Counted from the stretch's first letter, positions 42,388-52,763 are shown. The stretch: 64,000 nt of DNA from an uncultured Spirochaetota bacterium (GCA_963827275.1 CAWHAA010000004.1:416001-480000), one strand, 5' to 3'. Numbers and translations are program-made. The notes: a model not told the origin generated them from the sequence alone.

Positions 42388-44508
42388 ATGATCAAACAAT
42401 TACCCGCACCACATACGCGATCGCATAAGGCCTGTATTTCCATCGGCTTCCAGCTGGCGATATTGTTGATTATTTATATCCCTTCCAGCGCCGGGGCCCG
42501 GACAATTCCCATAGACAAATCAGTCAACAAAATACCGATCGGCACCAGTATCGAGTATTATGAGGACCGCGGGGGACGGCTCGGCATCAAAGATATTGCC
42601 GGCGCCGCTATGGCGGGTAAATGGGAAAAATCGGACACGGCAACCCCCAATTTCGGATTCACCACATCGGTATACTGGGTCAGGTTTACTCTTAAGAACA
42701 GATCCGGGGAGGATGTTGACCTGTACCTGGAGCAGGCTTATCCGCTCATCTCCCACCTCCGGCTCTTTGTCCCCGACGGGAAAGCCTATGCGTCAACCGA
42801 AATCGGCCACGCAAAGCCGTTCAGCATCCGCCCGGTGGACCATCGCTCCCTTGTTTTTCCGCTGACGCTGAAAGCGCGCGCGTCCCTGACCTGTTATCTC
42901 GAATACCGGACAGAGAGCGCGGTGAATATTGAGCTCGTCATCTGGTCGCGGGAAGCATTCAACAGCCAGGTGATCAAGGAGGCCCCGATCCTCTGGATGT
43001 TTTACGGCATTCTTCTCGTCATGTTCGCGTACAACTTTATTATATTTCTTTCCATAAGAGACCAGAGCTATTTATACTGCGCGCTCTATATCATATCGTT
43101 CTGCCTGTTCATGATGTCCCTGACCGGACTGGCGTACCAGTATCTCTGGCCGAACTGGCCCTGGTGGTCAAACCTGGCCGTGCCCTTTTTTATGGGAATA
43201 ATCATCATCTCGATCATCCAGTTTGCGCGCTACATGGGCGAGGTGCCGAAATATGACCGTGTCATCGACACCATTCTCAAGGTGATTATCGCCGCGGGCA
43301 TTGTGGTCTCCTGCCTCACACTGGTCATAAACAACTACCGGATAAGCATCATATCGGCAACCGCGCTGACGGGAATTGCCGCTGGATTCGGTTCAATCGC
43401 CCTTATTATTTTCGTGTTCAAGTACAAGCAGCGCGCAGCGCGCAATTACCTTATCGCGTACATGCTCTTTCTGGCCGGCGTCCTCCTCTACGTGTTCAAG
43501 ACCTTCGCGCTGCTTCCGGACGTGTTCATCACCAACTACGGCATCCAGATCGGTGCCGTGTTCAACGTCGTCGCCCTTTCGCTGGGGCTCACCGACCGGA
43601 TCAACGTGATGAAGAACAACCTCCTCGAGCTGAATATCCACCTCGAGGACAAGGTCAGGGACCGGACCGAGGAGCTCGAGGAGGCGATGAAAGAGCTCGA
43701 GGTGGTGAATGAAACCATATTGAACTTCAATCAGACGCTCGAGGATGCCCAGCGCCGGGCCGCCATAGACATGGAAATGGCCGCAAACGTGCAGGCGGGC
43801 ATGCTGCCGAAGCAGGCGCCGCAGACCGGGGACATGGACATCGCGTTTGCCTACAAGCCCATGTCCAGCGTATCAGGCGATTTTTATGATTTCTACGAAA
43901 TTGGCGGGAAGCTGGCCGGCGTCGGCATCTTTGACGTGTCAGGCCACGGCGTGGCCTCCGGTCTCATAACCATGATCGCGCGCTCCATTTTCTTCAGAAA
44001 CATACGGACTGGCGCGGGAAAGCCGCTTAACCAGGTGCTCGACAAGTCGAACAGGGAGCTTATCAACGAGATCGGCGCCATCGAAAACTATCTGACCGGG
44101 ATACTGCTCCGCTTCAACGGCCCCACGGTCGAATATGTCAACGCCGCTCATTCCGATCTCATCTGCAAAAAGGGAGAAACCGGAGAAGTCGGCATTGTCA
44201 ACAGGAAGGATAACGACATCAGGGGATTCTTCATGGGAGTGCGGGACGTTGAAGCACCGTATGAAACCCTCTCCTTTCAGCTGAAGCCGAACGATGTTCT
44301 CCTTCTCTACACGGACTGCCTGTACGAGGGGAAAAACCGGGAGGGCGAGGAATACGGGCTGGCCCGTCTGAAACAATCCTTGAAAAACGCCCCTGACGCC
44401 GGCGCCCGGGAGATACTCGACTGCCTGTTGAATGATTTTGACAAGTTCATAGGCCTTGCAGAGCCCGCCGATGATCTTACGGTCATTGTAATAAAGAAAC
44501 GGGCATAG
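42388..44508 (+). CDS. 7TM-DISM sensor fused to SpoIIE/PP2C phosphatase
   Basis: PNFGFTTSVYWVRF, FYGILLVMFAYN, GLAYQYLWP, SLGLTDRIN; VSGDFYD, DVSGHG, YTDCL, DDLT; start uncertain (42352-42388). Confidence 0.93.
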   Translation: MIKQLPAPHTRSHKACISIGFQLAILLIIYIPSSAGARTIPIDKSVNKIPIGTSIEYYEDRGGRLGIKDIAGAAMAGKWEKSDTATPNFGFTTSVYWVRFTLKNRSGEDVDLYLEQAYPLISHLRLFVPDGKAYASTEIGHAKPFSIRPVDHRSLVFPLTLKARASLTCYLEYRTESAVNIELVIWSREAFNSQVIKEAPILWMFYGILLVMFAYNFIIFLSIRDQSYLYCALYIISFCLFMMSLTGLAYQYLWPNWPWWSNLAVPFFMGIIIISIIQFARYMGEVPKYDRVIDTILKVIIAAGIVVSCLTLVINNYRISIISATALTGIAAGFGSIALIIFVFKYKQRAARNYLIAYMLFLAGVLLYVFKTFALLPDVFITNYGIQIGAVFNVVALSLGLTDRINVMKNNLLELNIHLEDKVRDRTEELEEAMKELEVVNETILNFNQTLEDAQRRAAIDMEMAANVQAGMLPKQAPQTGDMDIAFAYKPMSSVSGDFYDFYEIGGKLAGVGIFDVSGHGVASGLITMIARSIFFRNIRTGAGKPLNQVLDKSNRELINEIGAIENYLTGILLRFNGPTVEYVNAAHSDLICKKGETGEVGIVNRKDNDIRGFFMGVRDVEAPYETLSFQLKPNDVLLLYTDCLYEGKNREGEEYGLARLKQSLKNAPDAGAREILDCLLNDFDKFIGLAEPADDLTVIVIKKRA

Positions 44509-44539
44509 AGCGGACGGTCCCCGGCAGCCCCGAATGGAA

Positions 44540-44583
44540 CTTGCAACAAACAGCCCGTCGGAAGATGGGCTGTTTGTTGTAAG
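44540..44583. terminator. 20-bp-stem GGAA-tetraloop hairpin between convergent genes
   Basis: CTTGCAACAAACAGCCCGTC-GGAA-GATGGGCTGTTTGTTGTAAG (two G-U pairs). Confidence 0.65.
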
Positions 44584-44899
44584 CGAACCGCTTTTGAGTA
44601 ATTATCAGTACGCGTATGCCTTGATCAGCGAATCTGAAAACTCACCGCTTGCGTCAGAAACAGAAGCAGTGGTATTTTTCATGCTGGAGGTGCGGTCCGC
44701 GGAAACGACGGCGATGCGTCCCGACATGAAGCTCCCCGGTAATTTTTCCATCACCTCGATCGCGGCCGAGAATGGTGTAATGCGTGGCGCCGGTCCTCCG
44801 GTCCACGCGCGGCATCATAAATTTAAAGCCCCCCTCCGGGGGGTTGGGGGGCGCGCAGCCGATGGGGGTTTCTGATATGATGAGTTTTAATTCGGGAAG

Positions 44900-45877
44900 C
44901 TATTTCTTAGTATAGGCGAGCCCCGTGACCTCTTTTACCCGGTCCATGGTCCTGACCGCGACCGCGCGCGTCTTCTCCGCGCCTTTCGCGAGTATGCGGA
45001 TCACCTCGCCCTTGTCTTTGGCGAGTTCGTCACGCTTTTTCCTGTAGGGCGCGAAATAATCCAGCATGAGGCCGAGCAGCTCTTTCTTGACCTCGCCGTA
45101 GCCGACTCCGCCCTTGAGGTAACGGTCCCGCATGGTTTCGACCGCGTCGGGCGCGGCGAAGAGGCGGTACAGGGCGAAGAGGTTGCACTTCTCCGGGTCT
45201 TTCGGCTCCTCGACCGGCGTGGAGTCGGTCACTATCCTCATCACTTTTTTCTTCAGCGATTTTTCATCCTCGAAAATTTCGATGGTGTTGTCGTAGCTCT
45301 TGGACATTTTCTGGCCGTCGATGCCGGGGATCACGGCGACGTCGTCGGAGATCCGCGGCTCCGGGATCGTGAAGATGTCGCCGTAGATGTTGTTGAAGCG
45401 GATGGCGATGTCACGGGTTATCTCCACGTGCTGCTTCTGGTCCTTGCCCACGGGGACGATCTGGGCCTGGTAGAGGAGTATGTCCGCTGCCATGAGGACC
45501 GGGTAGGTGAACAGGCCGGTGTTCGGTACGATCCCGTGGGCCACCTTGTCCTTGTAGCTGTGGCTCCGCTCCAGCAGGCCGAGCGAGGTATGGCATGAAA
45601 GTATCCATGTCAGCTCTGTCACTTCCGGGACGTCCGACTGCACCCAGAAATGCGCCCGGTCCGGGTCGAGCCCCAGGGCGAGGAAGTCCATCGCCGCCTC
45701 AAGGGTGAAGTTCCGCAGGCGGTCCCCCTCCTGGTTCGAGGTCATCGCGTGGTAGTTGACGATAAAGCAGAAGAGCTCGTTATCGCGCTGGAACTCGATC
45801 ATCGGCTTCATCATCGCGAAATAATTCGCGATATGCAGGGTGCCTGACGGTTGTATGCCTGACAGTATTCGTGCCAT
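44900..45877 (-). CDS. trpS: Tryptophan--tRNA ligase
   Basis: SGIQPSGTLHIANY, YPVLMAADIL, VPVGKDQKQH, KMSKS. Confidence 0.98.
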   Translation of the reverse strand: MARILSGIQPSGTLHIANYFAMMKPMIEFQRDNELFCFIVNYHAMTSNQEGDRLRNFTLEAAMDFLALGLDPDRAHFWVQSDVPEVTELTWILSCHTSLGLLERSHSYKDKVAHGIVPNTGLFTYPVLMAADILLYQAQIVPVGKDQKQHVEITRDIAIRFNNIYGDIFTIPEPRISDDVAVIPGIDGQKMSKSYDNTIEIFEDEKSLKKKVMRIVTDSTPVEEPKDPEKCNLFALYRLFAAPDAVETMRDRYLKGGVGYGEVKKELLGLMLDYFAPYRKKRDELAKDKGEVIRILAKGAEKTRAVAVRTMDRVKEVTGLAYTKK

Positions 45878-46076
45878 TGGTCCCTCTATAATAATAAATT
45901 CATGCTAACAAATGATAGAGCAAAAAAAATAGTCAATAATAAAATTTTTGTTGCAGATTATAGGGGTTTTTCAATAGTTAAAACATCATTCGTTGATGAA
46001 ATTGGTTTCTGTCTGGCAGAAACCGGCCATGCCCCCTCTGCTGGTCGGGGCCACAATTACAAGAAAGGGGATCACT

Positions 46077-46328
46077 ATGGAAATGAAAAGGAACGTCGGC
46101 GCCTCTGATCGGTATATCAGGACCCTTGTAGGCCTTGCTTTTATTTTGAACGTATTTTCACTCGATCCTTCCAGGCTCGGCATGTTCGTGCTCCTGGCGA
46201 TAGGGTTTCTCATCCTGAACACCGCTTATACCGGCTACTGCTTCATGTATGATATTTTGAATATCGACACGTACACGAAGAAGACCCCGCCCCCGGCGGA
46301 ACCGACCGAGCAGGCGCATTCGCATTAA
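46077..46328 (+). CDS. DUF2892 (YgaP-like) membrane protein
   Basis: NVGASDRYIR, GYCFMYDILNIDT. Confidence 0.85.
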   Translation: MEMKRNVGASDRYIRTLVGLAFILNVFSLDPSRLGMFVLLAIGFLILNTAYTGYCFMYDILNIDTYTKKTPPPAEPTEQAHSH

Positions 46329-46347
46329 TCCTGTTCCATTCCGGAAT

Positions 46348-46379
46348 AAAAAAAGCGGCCCATCGGAGCCGCTTTTTTT
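46348..46379. terminator. Bidirectional rho-independent terminator
   Basis: A7-GCGGC...GCCGC-T7 between convergent genes. Confidence 0.85.
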
Positions 46380-46384
46380 ATTAA

Positions 46385-46419
46385 ACATGCAGGCGGGTCA
46401 CGTGACCCCGCCTGCATGT
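46385..46419. repeat. Near-perfect palindrome downstream of flgE
   Basis: ACATGCAGGCGGGTCA-CG-TGACCCCGCCTGCATGT. Confidence 0.75.
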
Positions 46420-46441
46420 CTTTTATCGTTTGTTCAGGTAA

Positions 46442-47815
46442 TTATCTCTTCAGGCTGAGCAGCTCCTGCAGCATCTGGTCCGAGGTCGTGATCGACCGCG
46501 AGTTTGCCTGGAAGCCGCGCTGGGTCACGATCATGTCGGTGAACTGGTCGGAGAGGTCCACGTTCGACATTTCGAGGGTCCCCGCCACGACCTTGCCCCT
46601 TCCCTGGGTATTGGCCGCGCCTTCATTTGCCATCCCCGAGTTGTTCGATACCTCGAAGAGGTTTTCACCGGCCGCGTGGAGGCCCTGCGGGTTGGTGAAA
46701 ACCGCCATGGCGACCTGGCCGACGCTCCGCTTCGTGCCGTTGGAATAGACGCCGGTGATCACCCCGGAGTTGTCTATGTTGAAGGATTCCATGTAGCCCA
46801 TGTTGAAGCCGTCCTGCTCGACCGCCCTGGTGGTGGCCGGCGAGGCGAACTGGGTGACGCCTTCCATAAGCCCCGCTTTGCCCAGGTCAAGGAGTATCGT
46901 GCTCATGTTCGGGTCCCCGGCGACGCGCCAGTTCGCGTTCACGATGAGCGATCCCTGGTTTGACTCGTCGGGCGACCCTTCGTCCGCAACCGACACGAGC
47001 CTGCCGTCGGGGCTGAAGCGCATGTTGATCCTGCTCGACGGGTTCGCGTTGTTCTGCTGGCCGGCCCCCGCCTGCACGTCAAGGGCGAGCGGCACCGACG
47101 AATCGGTTATCGCGCCCGACGCGGTCCACTGGTTGGCGCCGGTCTTCCAGAACACCATGGTGAGCCGGTGCGTGTTCCCCTGGTTGTCATAGGCGTCGAT
47201 GTTCGTTGTGACGCCGGCCGAGGCCCGCATCCGTCCCGTGGCGTTGGGAGGAACGATGGCGTAGCGGGAATCGAGGTTACACTTGTATTTTATGTTCGCC
47301 GTCTCCTGCGCTTCTACTTTCCCGTAAATGGGTATGATCAGGTCTTCCGTGGAGCCGCTCGGGTTGGTGACCATCTCGCCCGTCTGGTTCCGGGTGGCCA
47401 TCCAGCCCTGGACCTTGAGCCCGTTCGCCGGGTTTACCAGGGTGCCGTTCTTGTCGAGCCCGAAGTTGCCGGCCCTGGTATAGTACTTCCTGTCACCGTC
47501 GGATATGACGAAAAACCCGTCGCCCGATATCGCCAGGTCGGTCTGGTTGCCCGTTGTCTGCAGGCTGCCCTGCGTGAAAATACGGTCGATCGACGCGACG
47601 GTCATCCCGAGCCCCACCTGCCGAGGGTTCACGCCGCCCCGGTTTTCCTCGGGTTTCGCGGCCCCGGAAAGGGTCTGCGATATCATGTCCTGGAACGTGA
47701 CGCGGCTCGTCTTGAAGCCGTAGGTGTTAACGTTAGAGATGTTATTGCTGACAACATCCATCCTGGTCTGGTGATTCTTCAGACCGGCAACGCCTGAATA
47801 GAGTGCACGCATCAT
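46442..47815 (-). CDS. flgE: Flagellar hook protein
   Basis: MMRALYSGVAGL, NNISNVNTYGFK, DLAISGDGFF, YTRAGNF, LEMSNVDLS...QRGFQANSR. Confidence 0.99.
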   Translation of the reverse strand: MMRALYSGVAGLKNHQTRMDVVSNNISNVNTYGFKTSRVTFQDMISQTLSGAAKPEENRGGVNPRQVGLGMTVASIDRIFTQGSLQTTGNQTDLAISGDGFFVISDGDRKYYTRAGNFGLDKNGTLVNPANGLKVQGWMATRNQTGEMVTNPSGSTEDLIIPIYGKVEAQETANIKYKCNLDSRYAIVPPNATGRMRASAGVTTNIDAYDNQGNTHRLTMVFWKTGANQWTASGAITDSSVPLALDVQAGAGQQNNANPSSRINMRFSPDGRLVSVADEGSPDESNQGSLIVNANWRVAGDPNMSTILLDLGKAGLMEGVTQFASPATTRAVEQDGFNMGYMESFNIDNSGVITGVYSNGTKRSVGQVAMAVFTNPQGLHAAGENLFEVSNNSGMANEGAANTQGRGKVVAGTLEMSNVDLSDQFTDMIVTQRGFQANSRSITTSDQMLQELLSLKR

Positions 47816-48410
47816 AGTGGCTCATCTCCTCTAAAGAAATTATTTTACCTGGACGGCTTCCTGTTCCGTTCATCTGGTTTATCAGAGCGTTTTGCAACGC
47901 GTTGTTGATCGTGTTCATTTTTATTGTGCCGGCGGTCGCGTTCGGCGCGCCGGGGACTGCCGGCTCGGTGTTGCGCACCGAGCTTATATCGCCGATCCTG
48001 ACCTGCTCGTTGCCCACCATCAGGACCTGCTCATCGCCTTCATAGCGGACCGACGTCACGACGCCGGATACGCGGCGGTTCGTCGCAGGGTTCAGGGCGT
48101 CGATCTCCTTTCCCAGGAGCGAGAAGGCCTCGGAGGAGCGGGAGCTCTTCAGCAGCTTGACGACTTCCTTGTTGAGGTTGGTCATCTGTTCCAGCGTCGA
48201 GAATTGCGCCATCTGCGCGACGAATTCGCGGTCCTCCATCGGGCGGGTCGGGTCCTGGTACTTGAGCTGTGTGACGAGGAGCTTCATGAACATGTCCTTG
48301 TCCGCAGTGCCTTTCCTGGCCTCTTTGCCGTTGTTGATCTTCTTGTTTATGAGCTCGGCTTCCATCTTCGCCGTGAAGAGTTCTTCGGATGTCATTTTCC
48401 CGATCTGCAT
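47742..48410 (-). CDS. flgD: Flagellar hook capping protein (true stop probably 47840)
   Basis: FMKLLVTQLKYQDPTRPMEDREFVAQMAQFSTLEQ; the read-through overlap into flgE suggests an extra base near 47867. Confidence 0.93.
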   Translation of the reverse strand: MQIGKMTSEELFTAKMEAELINKKINNGKEARKGTADKDMFMKLLVTQLKYQDPTRPMEDREFVAQMAQFSTLEQMTNLNKEVVKLLKSSRSSEAFSLLGKEIDALNPATNRRVSGVVTSVRYEGDEQVLMVGNEQVRIGDISSVRNTEPAVPGAPNATAGTIKMNTINNALQNALINQMNGTGSRPGKIISLEEMSHYDACTLFRRCRSEESPDQDGCCQQ

Positions 48411-48419
48411 TGCTTCCTC

Positions 48420-49821
48420 CTATATGACCACGTTGATATGGCCGTCATGGTATGGGGCGGCGTTGGACGCGTATTCCTGCTCTATAACGTCGGCCTGCTC
48501 CGCCGGGACACCGGCGTAGCGTTGTTCCGCCTCGCGGTCGCGAAGAAACTCGCCCCGCCGGTCGTTCACGTTGACCTGGAACTCGCCCACCTGGACGCCG
48601 GATTCGCTCAGCTGCCGCCTGATGTAATCGAGGCTGCTCGTGAGCAGCTCTTTCGCCTCCTGGGTGTCAACCAGGAACTTGCCGATAACAACGCCGTCGT
48701 GCAGGTCGAGGTTGATGTTTATGCTCCCCAGCTCGCGGGGGTGCAGGCGCATGGAAAAGGAGGCGTTCTGCCCGTCCTTTACCGCCACCCTGGCATTCTG
48801 TATCATGCTCTCCAGGTTCTCCCTGAAGAGGATGTTTGTCCTCTGTGCCGCAGGCGCATCGGCATGCCGTGCGTTCGTTTCGGTCTTGAATTGATGTAAA
48901 GCTGAAAATGGCGCCGCTGCCCTGGCCGTCCCTGCCGGCATGCTGTCCTGCGCCGTCCCTGCCGGCCGCCTCGATCGCGGCTTCAATCCTGGCAAGGAGC
49001 TCTTTCACCGCGTTGAGCGGCAGGTCCTGCGCGGGTGCGGCCTTACGGTGCTGCGCGTCGTCCCGGGCTTCCTTTATTCTGCTGCGCTGCGATTTCATCC
49101 CGGCGAGGGCGCCGGCAACCTGTTCGGCGGGCGATCCCTTCATGCCGCCGGTTTCAAGGGCGCGGATCGCGTCTGAGAGTTTTTCAAGGGCCTTCTTCAG
49201 CGGCGTCCTGTCGCCGGGGGCCTTCGTATCGCGAAGCCGGTCATGCAGCTCCTGCGCGGCGAGTTTTACGTTGCGGAGTTCCGGCTGGTCTTTTCCTTTT
49301 AAGAATTCAATCATCCGGTTGAGCCCGTCGATCATATCGCGCATATCAGGCTCGCCCTGTTTTTTTTCTTTCCGCTCCGTTTTTATCCGGTCGTTTGCCG
49401 TTTCTTTGGCGCCGGCTTTTTTCATCTGGTTTTCAACATCAGGCCTGCTCTCAGCCGCTTTATTTTGCGCGTCTGCATTCGCGGTTTCCCTGGCCTGGTT
49501 CCCGAGCGCTGCTTTCTGTCCATGTTCGTCCGCCCTGCCAACAGCCGATGTCGTTTCGTCAGCGCGGCGGTCCTGTGTTGAGAATTCACGGGACGTTCTT
49601 TCTGTGTCATTCATGGAAACGGGAGTGTCAAATTTTGGAGATTCCTGCCGTATCGCAAACGGATCAGCATACTGACGGTCTGCCTGGAGCTGGTTTGTCA
49701 GCAGGCTGAAGAACCCGCCTGGTGATAAAAGATCCCGGGCGCCATTCGATGCGTGGGGAAGCGGTGCAGGGATGTCAGGCCCGTTATTCCGCATAAATTT
49801 TATGTTTTCGATATGAAGCAT
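48420..49821 (-). CDS. fliK: Flagellar hook-length control protein (frameshift near 48897)
   Basis: C-terminal MRLHPRELGSI...LRRQL-type T3S4 domain; low-complexity N-terminus in adjacent frame; position upstream of flgD-flgE. Confidence 0.88.
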
Positions 49822-49979
49822 GTGCCTCTCACCCGTTTCGTTGTTTGGCTTATTAATATATCGAGAGGTGAATCAATAAACTGAATGGAAATTTAGGGCA
49901 GGGGGTATTAATTCAGCGTCTGGCCGGCCCGTTTTTGCTGTTATGGGACATAACGAATGATACGGATGAATCCTGGCAA

Positions 49980-50198
49980 GTGTCAGAGTAAACTGATGCC
50001 TGTCAGCTGTGGATAGAGTGCCCAATCGGGTGTCAAAGTAAGCGGAGAAGAGGTGTCAGAGTAAAAAGTGTATTATTGGAGATTGCTTGTTATCAGAAAA
50101 TTATAAAATACACAAAATAATATTATTGCATATATTAATATATAGTCAGTCTGTTGTTTTTAACTTGTTATATAAATAATTGTTTTTACTCTGACCCC
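49980..50198. repeat. GTGTCA(G/A)AGTAA repeats: three direct, one inverted, flanking an AT-rich tract
   Basis: Copies at 49980, 50030 and 50053; inverted TTTACTCTGACCCC at 50185-50198. Confidence 0.8.
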
Positions 50199-50349
50199 GA
50201 CGCTGTTCAATTACTGATCTGTCAGTATTTGATATGATACTCGCGTAATAAAGTAACATATTATTATTGAATCCGTCCCGCCGGTCTGTAATGATGATTG
50301 AATGTTTGCTTAAAAAGTTTTTGTGCAAATCTATTCCAGGAGCTGGATC

Positions 50350-52527
50350 ATGAGTAATTATCTACCTAAGTATTCATCGTTGTTAGGAATCATACTCTGC
50401 GTTGTGCTGATCGTTCTCCCCGGCTGTGAAAATAATTCTGACGATTCGCTGCTTTCCCTCCTCGGCCTCGGCACCGGTCCGTCTAATCCCTATAATGGGA
50501 CCGGCCAGGGGGCGCTCCCCGGAGTCCCGGCTTCAGACGGCGGGAACGTATACCTCGTCGGCACCGGCATTTATGATATTACCGGTCCTGCCGCAGAGAT
50601 AGGGATGATGGGGTACGCCGATATGAACCAGAAGACCTCCGGTATCCACACGCGGCTCCGCGCACGCGCGTTCGTCATCGGCGACGGGAGAAGCAGGATG
50701 GTTTTCGTGAGCGCTGATCTCGGGATGATATTTCAGGTCATCAAGTCAAAGGTGTGCGAAAAAATAAGCCGGAACCCGGAGCTTGCGCGCTTCTACAATG
50801 AGAAGAACGTGATCCTCTCGGCAACGCATACCCACAGCGCCCCGGGTGGCTACTCCGGCTACCTGCTGTACGATGTCACGATAGCCGGGTTCATCAGGGA
50901 GCACGCGCAGACCATCATAGACGGCATATACAAATCCATACTGAATGCGCATAACAACGTAAAGCCGGGGAAGGTCCTGCTTGCGAAAGGGACGCTGGAC
51001 AATTGCGGCGGAAACCGTTCCCCGCTCGCGTATGACAACAACCCGGCGGCGGAGAAAGAGGCATATGGCAGCACGACCGACAAGTCCTTCACCCTGCTCA
51101 AGCTTGTCACCCTCGACGGCGAAGAGATTGGGATGGTCAACTGGTTCGCCGTCCACCCCACCTGCATCGGCCCGGTGAATACGCTCATCAGCAGCGACAG
51201 CAAGGGGTATGCCTCGTACCTGTTCGAGAAGGACAGGGGCACCGATTACCTCGCGACCCGCACCTTCGTGGCGGCGTTCGCGCAGGCGAACGCGGGGGAC
51301 GTTTCCCCTAACGTTGATTACGGGCAGGCGCCGGCCTACGTGGATTTTGCCCATAACCCGAGCCTGAAAAACGCCGTCCTCGGGCAGTATGCCAAAGCGA
51401 AAGAGCTGTATGACGGCGCCAGCAATGAACTGGCCGGCCCGGTGGAATTCCGTCACGAGTACCTTGACATGGGCAGCGTGTTGGTGGAAGAGGCGGGCTG
51501 CACCACCTGCGCCGCCGCCATGGGCGCGTCGTTCTCCGCCGGCAGCGTTGTCGATAATCCGAGCCCCGCGCCGCTCTTTCCTGCAGGCACCACCGTCGAC
51601 AGCCTGAACTGGAGTGATAACGCCGCATCCACCTTTCTTCAAACGTTCCTGAGCGGGATATTCGCCCCCTTCTGGCCTGCAACGCAGAACGCGGCATACA
51701 AGGCCTGCCACGCGCAGAAGCCTATCCTCATCCCCACGGGGCTCGTGTCCGTGAACCTGAAAAAGATCCCCATGACGCCCGAGGTGATGCCGCTCCAGGT
51801 CGTGAAAATCGGGAGCCTCGCGCTTGTTGCGGTTCCCAACGAGGTCACGACCATGTCGGGAAGGCGGCTTAAAAAAATGGCGCTTGATGAGCTTAAGACC
51901 GCCGGCGTTGATTCCGTGGTCATCGCTGCCATGGCAAACGCCTATACCTCGTATCTCGCGACCCCGGAAGAATATGCGACGCAGTCGTACGAAGGGGCCT
52001 GCACCCAGTTCGGTCCGAATGAGCTTGCCGCGTACCTCCAGGAATACAGGAAGCTGTGCCGCGCGATCGTGGACGGGACCGATATCGCCCCCGGCCCGGC
52101 GCCGCGGGACATCTGGAATGAAACAGTTGATTTTTCGGCGAAAGTCGTGCTGGACGATAAACCGATCGGGAAAAAATTCGGGGATGTCGCTACCCAGCCG
52201 AACGCGGCCTACACGCGCGGCGATATCGTGACCGTGCAGTTCTGGGGCGGACATCCCAATAACGATTACCGGACACAGGGGACCTTCCTTGTCGTTGAGA
52301 AGATCGTTAACGGGAGCGCCGTTGCGGTGGCACGGGACTGGGACCCCGAAACCACCTACCAGTGGATGAGGAACGGGGTGTCCGCCTCAAAGATAACTAT
52401 TACGTGGGACACCGGAAATGCGGCGCCGGGGACCTACCGGATCCGTCACCTGGGTAACTGGAAATCGGGATGGACCGGGATCATAAGCCCCTACGAGGGC
52501 GTGTCGAATACCTTTGCGGTGAAGTGA
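50350..52527 (+). CDS. Neutral/alkaline ceramidase, predicted lipoprotein
   Basis: DITGPAAEIGMMGY, LRARAF, SATHTHSAPGG, NWFAVHPT, AGDVSPN, EVTTMSGRRL, YEGACT; lipobox-like VLPGC. Confidence 0.95.
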   Translation: MSNYLPKYSSLLGIILCVVLIVLPGCENNSDDSLLSLLGLGTGPSNPYNGTGQGALPGVPASDGGNVYLVGTGIYDITGPAAEIGMMGYADMNQKTSGIHTRLRARAFVIGDGRSRMVFVSADLGMIFQVIKSKVCEKISRNPELARFYNEKNVILSATHTHSAPGGYSGYLLYDVTIAGFIREHAQTIIDGIYKSILNAHNNVKPGKVLLAKGTLDNCGGNRSPLAYDNNPAAEKEAYGSTTDKSFTLLKLVTLDGEEIGMVNWFAVHPTCIGPVNTLISSDSKGYASYLFEKDRGTDYLATRTFVAAFAQANAGDVSPNVDYGQAPAYVDFAHNPSLKNAVLGQYAKAKELYDGASNELAGPVEFRHEYLDMGSVLVEEAGCTTCAAAMGASFSAGSVVDNPSPAPLFPAGTTVDSLNWSDNAASTFLQTFLSGIFAPFWPATQNAAYKACHAQKPILIPTGLVSVNLKKIPMTPEVMPLQVVKIGSLALVAVPNEVTTMSGRRLKKMALDELKTAGVDSVVIAAMANAYTSYLATPEEYATQSYEGACTQFGPNELAAYLQEYRKLCRAIVDGTDIAPGPAPRDIWNETVDFSAKVVLDDKPIGKKFGDVATQPNAAYTRGDIVTVQFWGGHPNNDYRTQGTFLVVEKIVNGSAVAVARDWDPETTYQWMRNGVSASKITITWDTGNAAPGTYRIRHLGNWKSGWTGIISPYEGVSNTFAVK

Positions 52528-52592
52528 CGCAGGGCCGCCTCCTGAATCGCGGGCGGGGGACCGCCCGATTATATTAATGTATTCAGCCACTC

Positions 52593-52619
52593 AAAACCCC
52601 CGTGACAGGGGGTTTTTTT
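52593..52619 (+). terminator. Rho-independent terminator after ceramidase
   Basis: AAAACCCCC-GTGACA-GGGGG-T7. Confidence 0.85.
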
Positions 52620-52763
52620 ATTAATTAAAAAATTAATCTTTCATTTTTTAAAATACTCCTGTAAACAGGGAATGTACCCGGCCCCCATCCGCTCCCGGCC
52701 ACCGGGGCCGGCACGCGCGGCTGATCAGCGGGAACGGGACGCGGCAGTTACAAGAGGTGTGCG

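Noticed and set aside
44534..44875. 113-aa ORF and other short intergenic ORFs (9429-9644, 33017-33451, 36263-36593)
   Set aside because: They run through hairpins and repeats, lack an RBS and show no recognisable motifs.
47742..47840. Genuine 74-bp flgD/flgE overlap with Cys-rich tail
   Set aside because: Deleting one base gives EQEAVQVK* just before the flgE RBS; more likely an indel artefact.
49980..50066. Possible CRISPR array
   Set aside because: Repeats are only about 13 bp with irregular spacing, and there are no cas genes.
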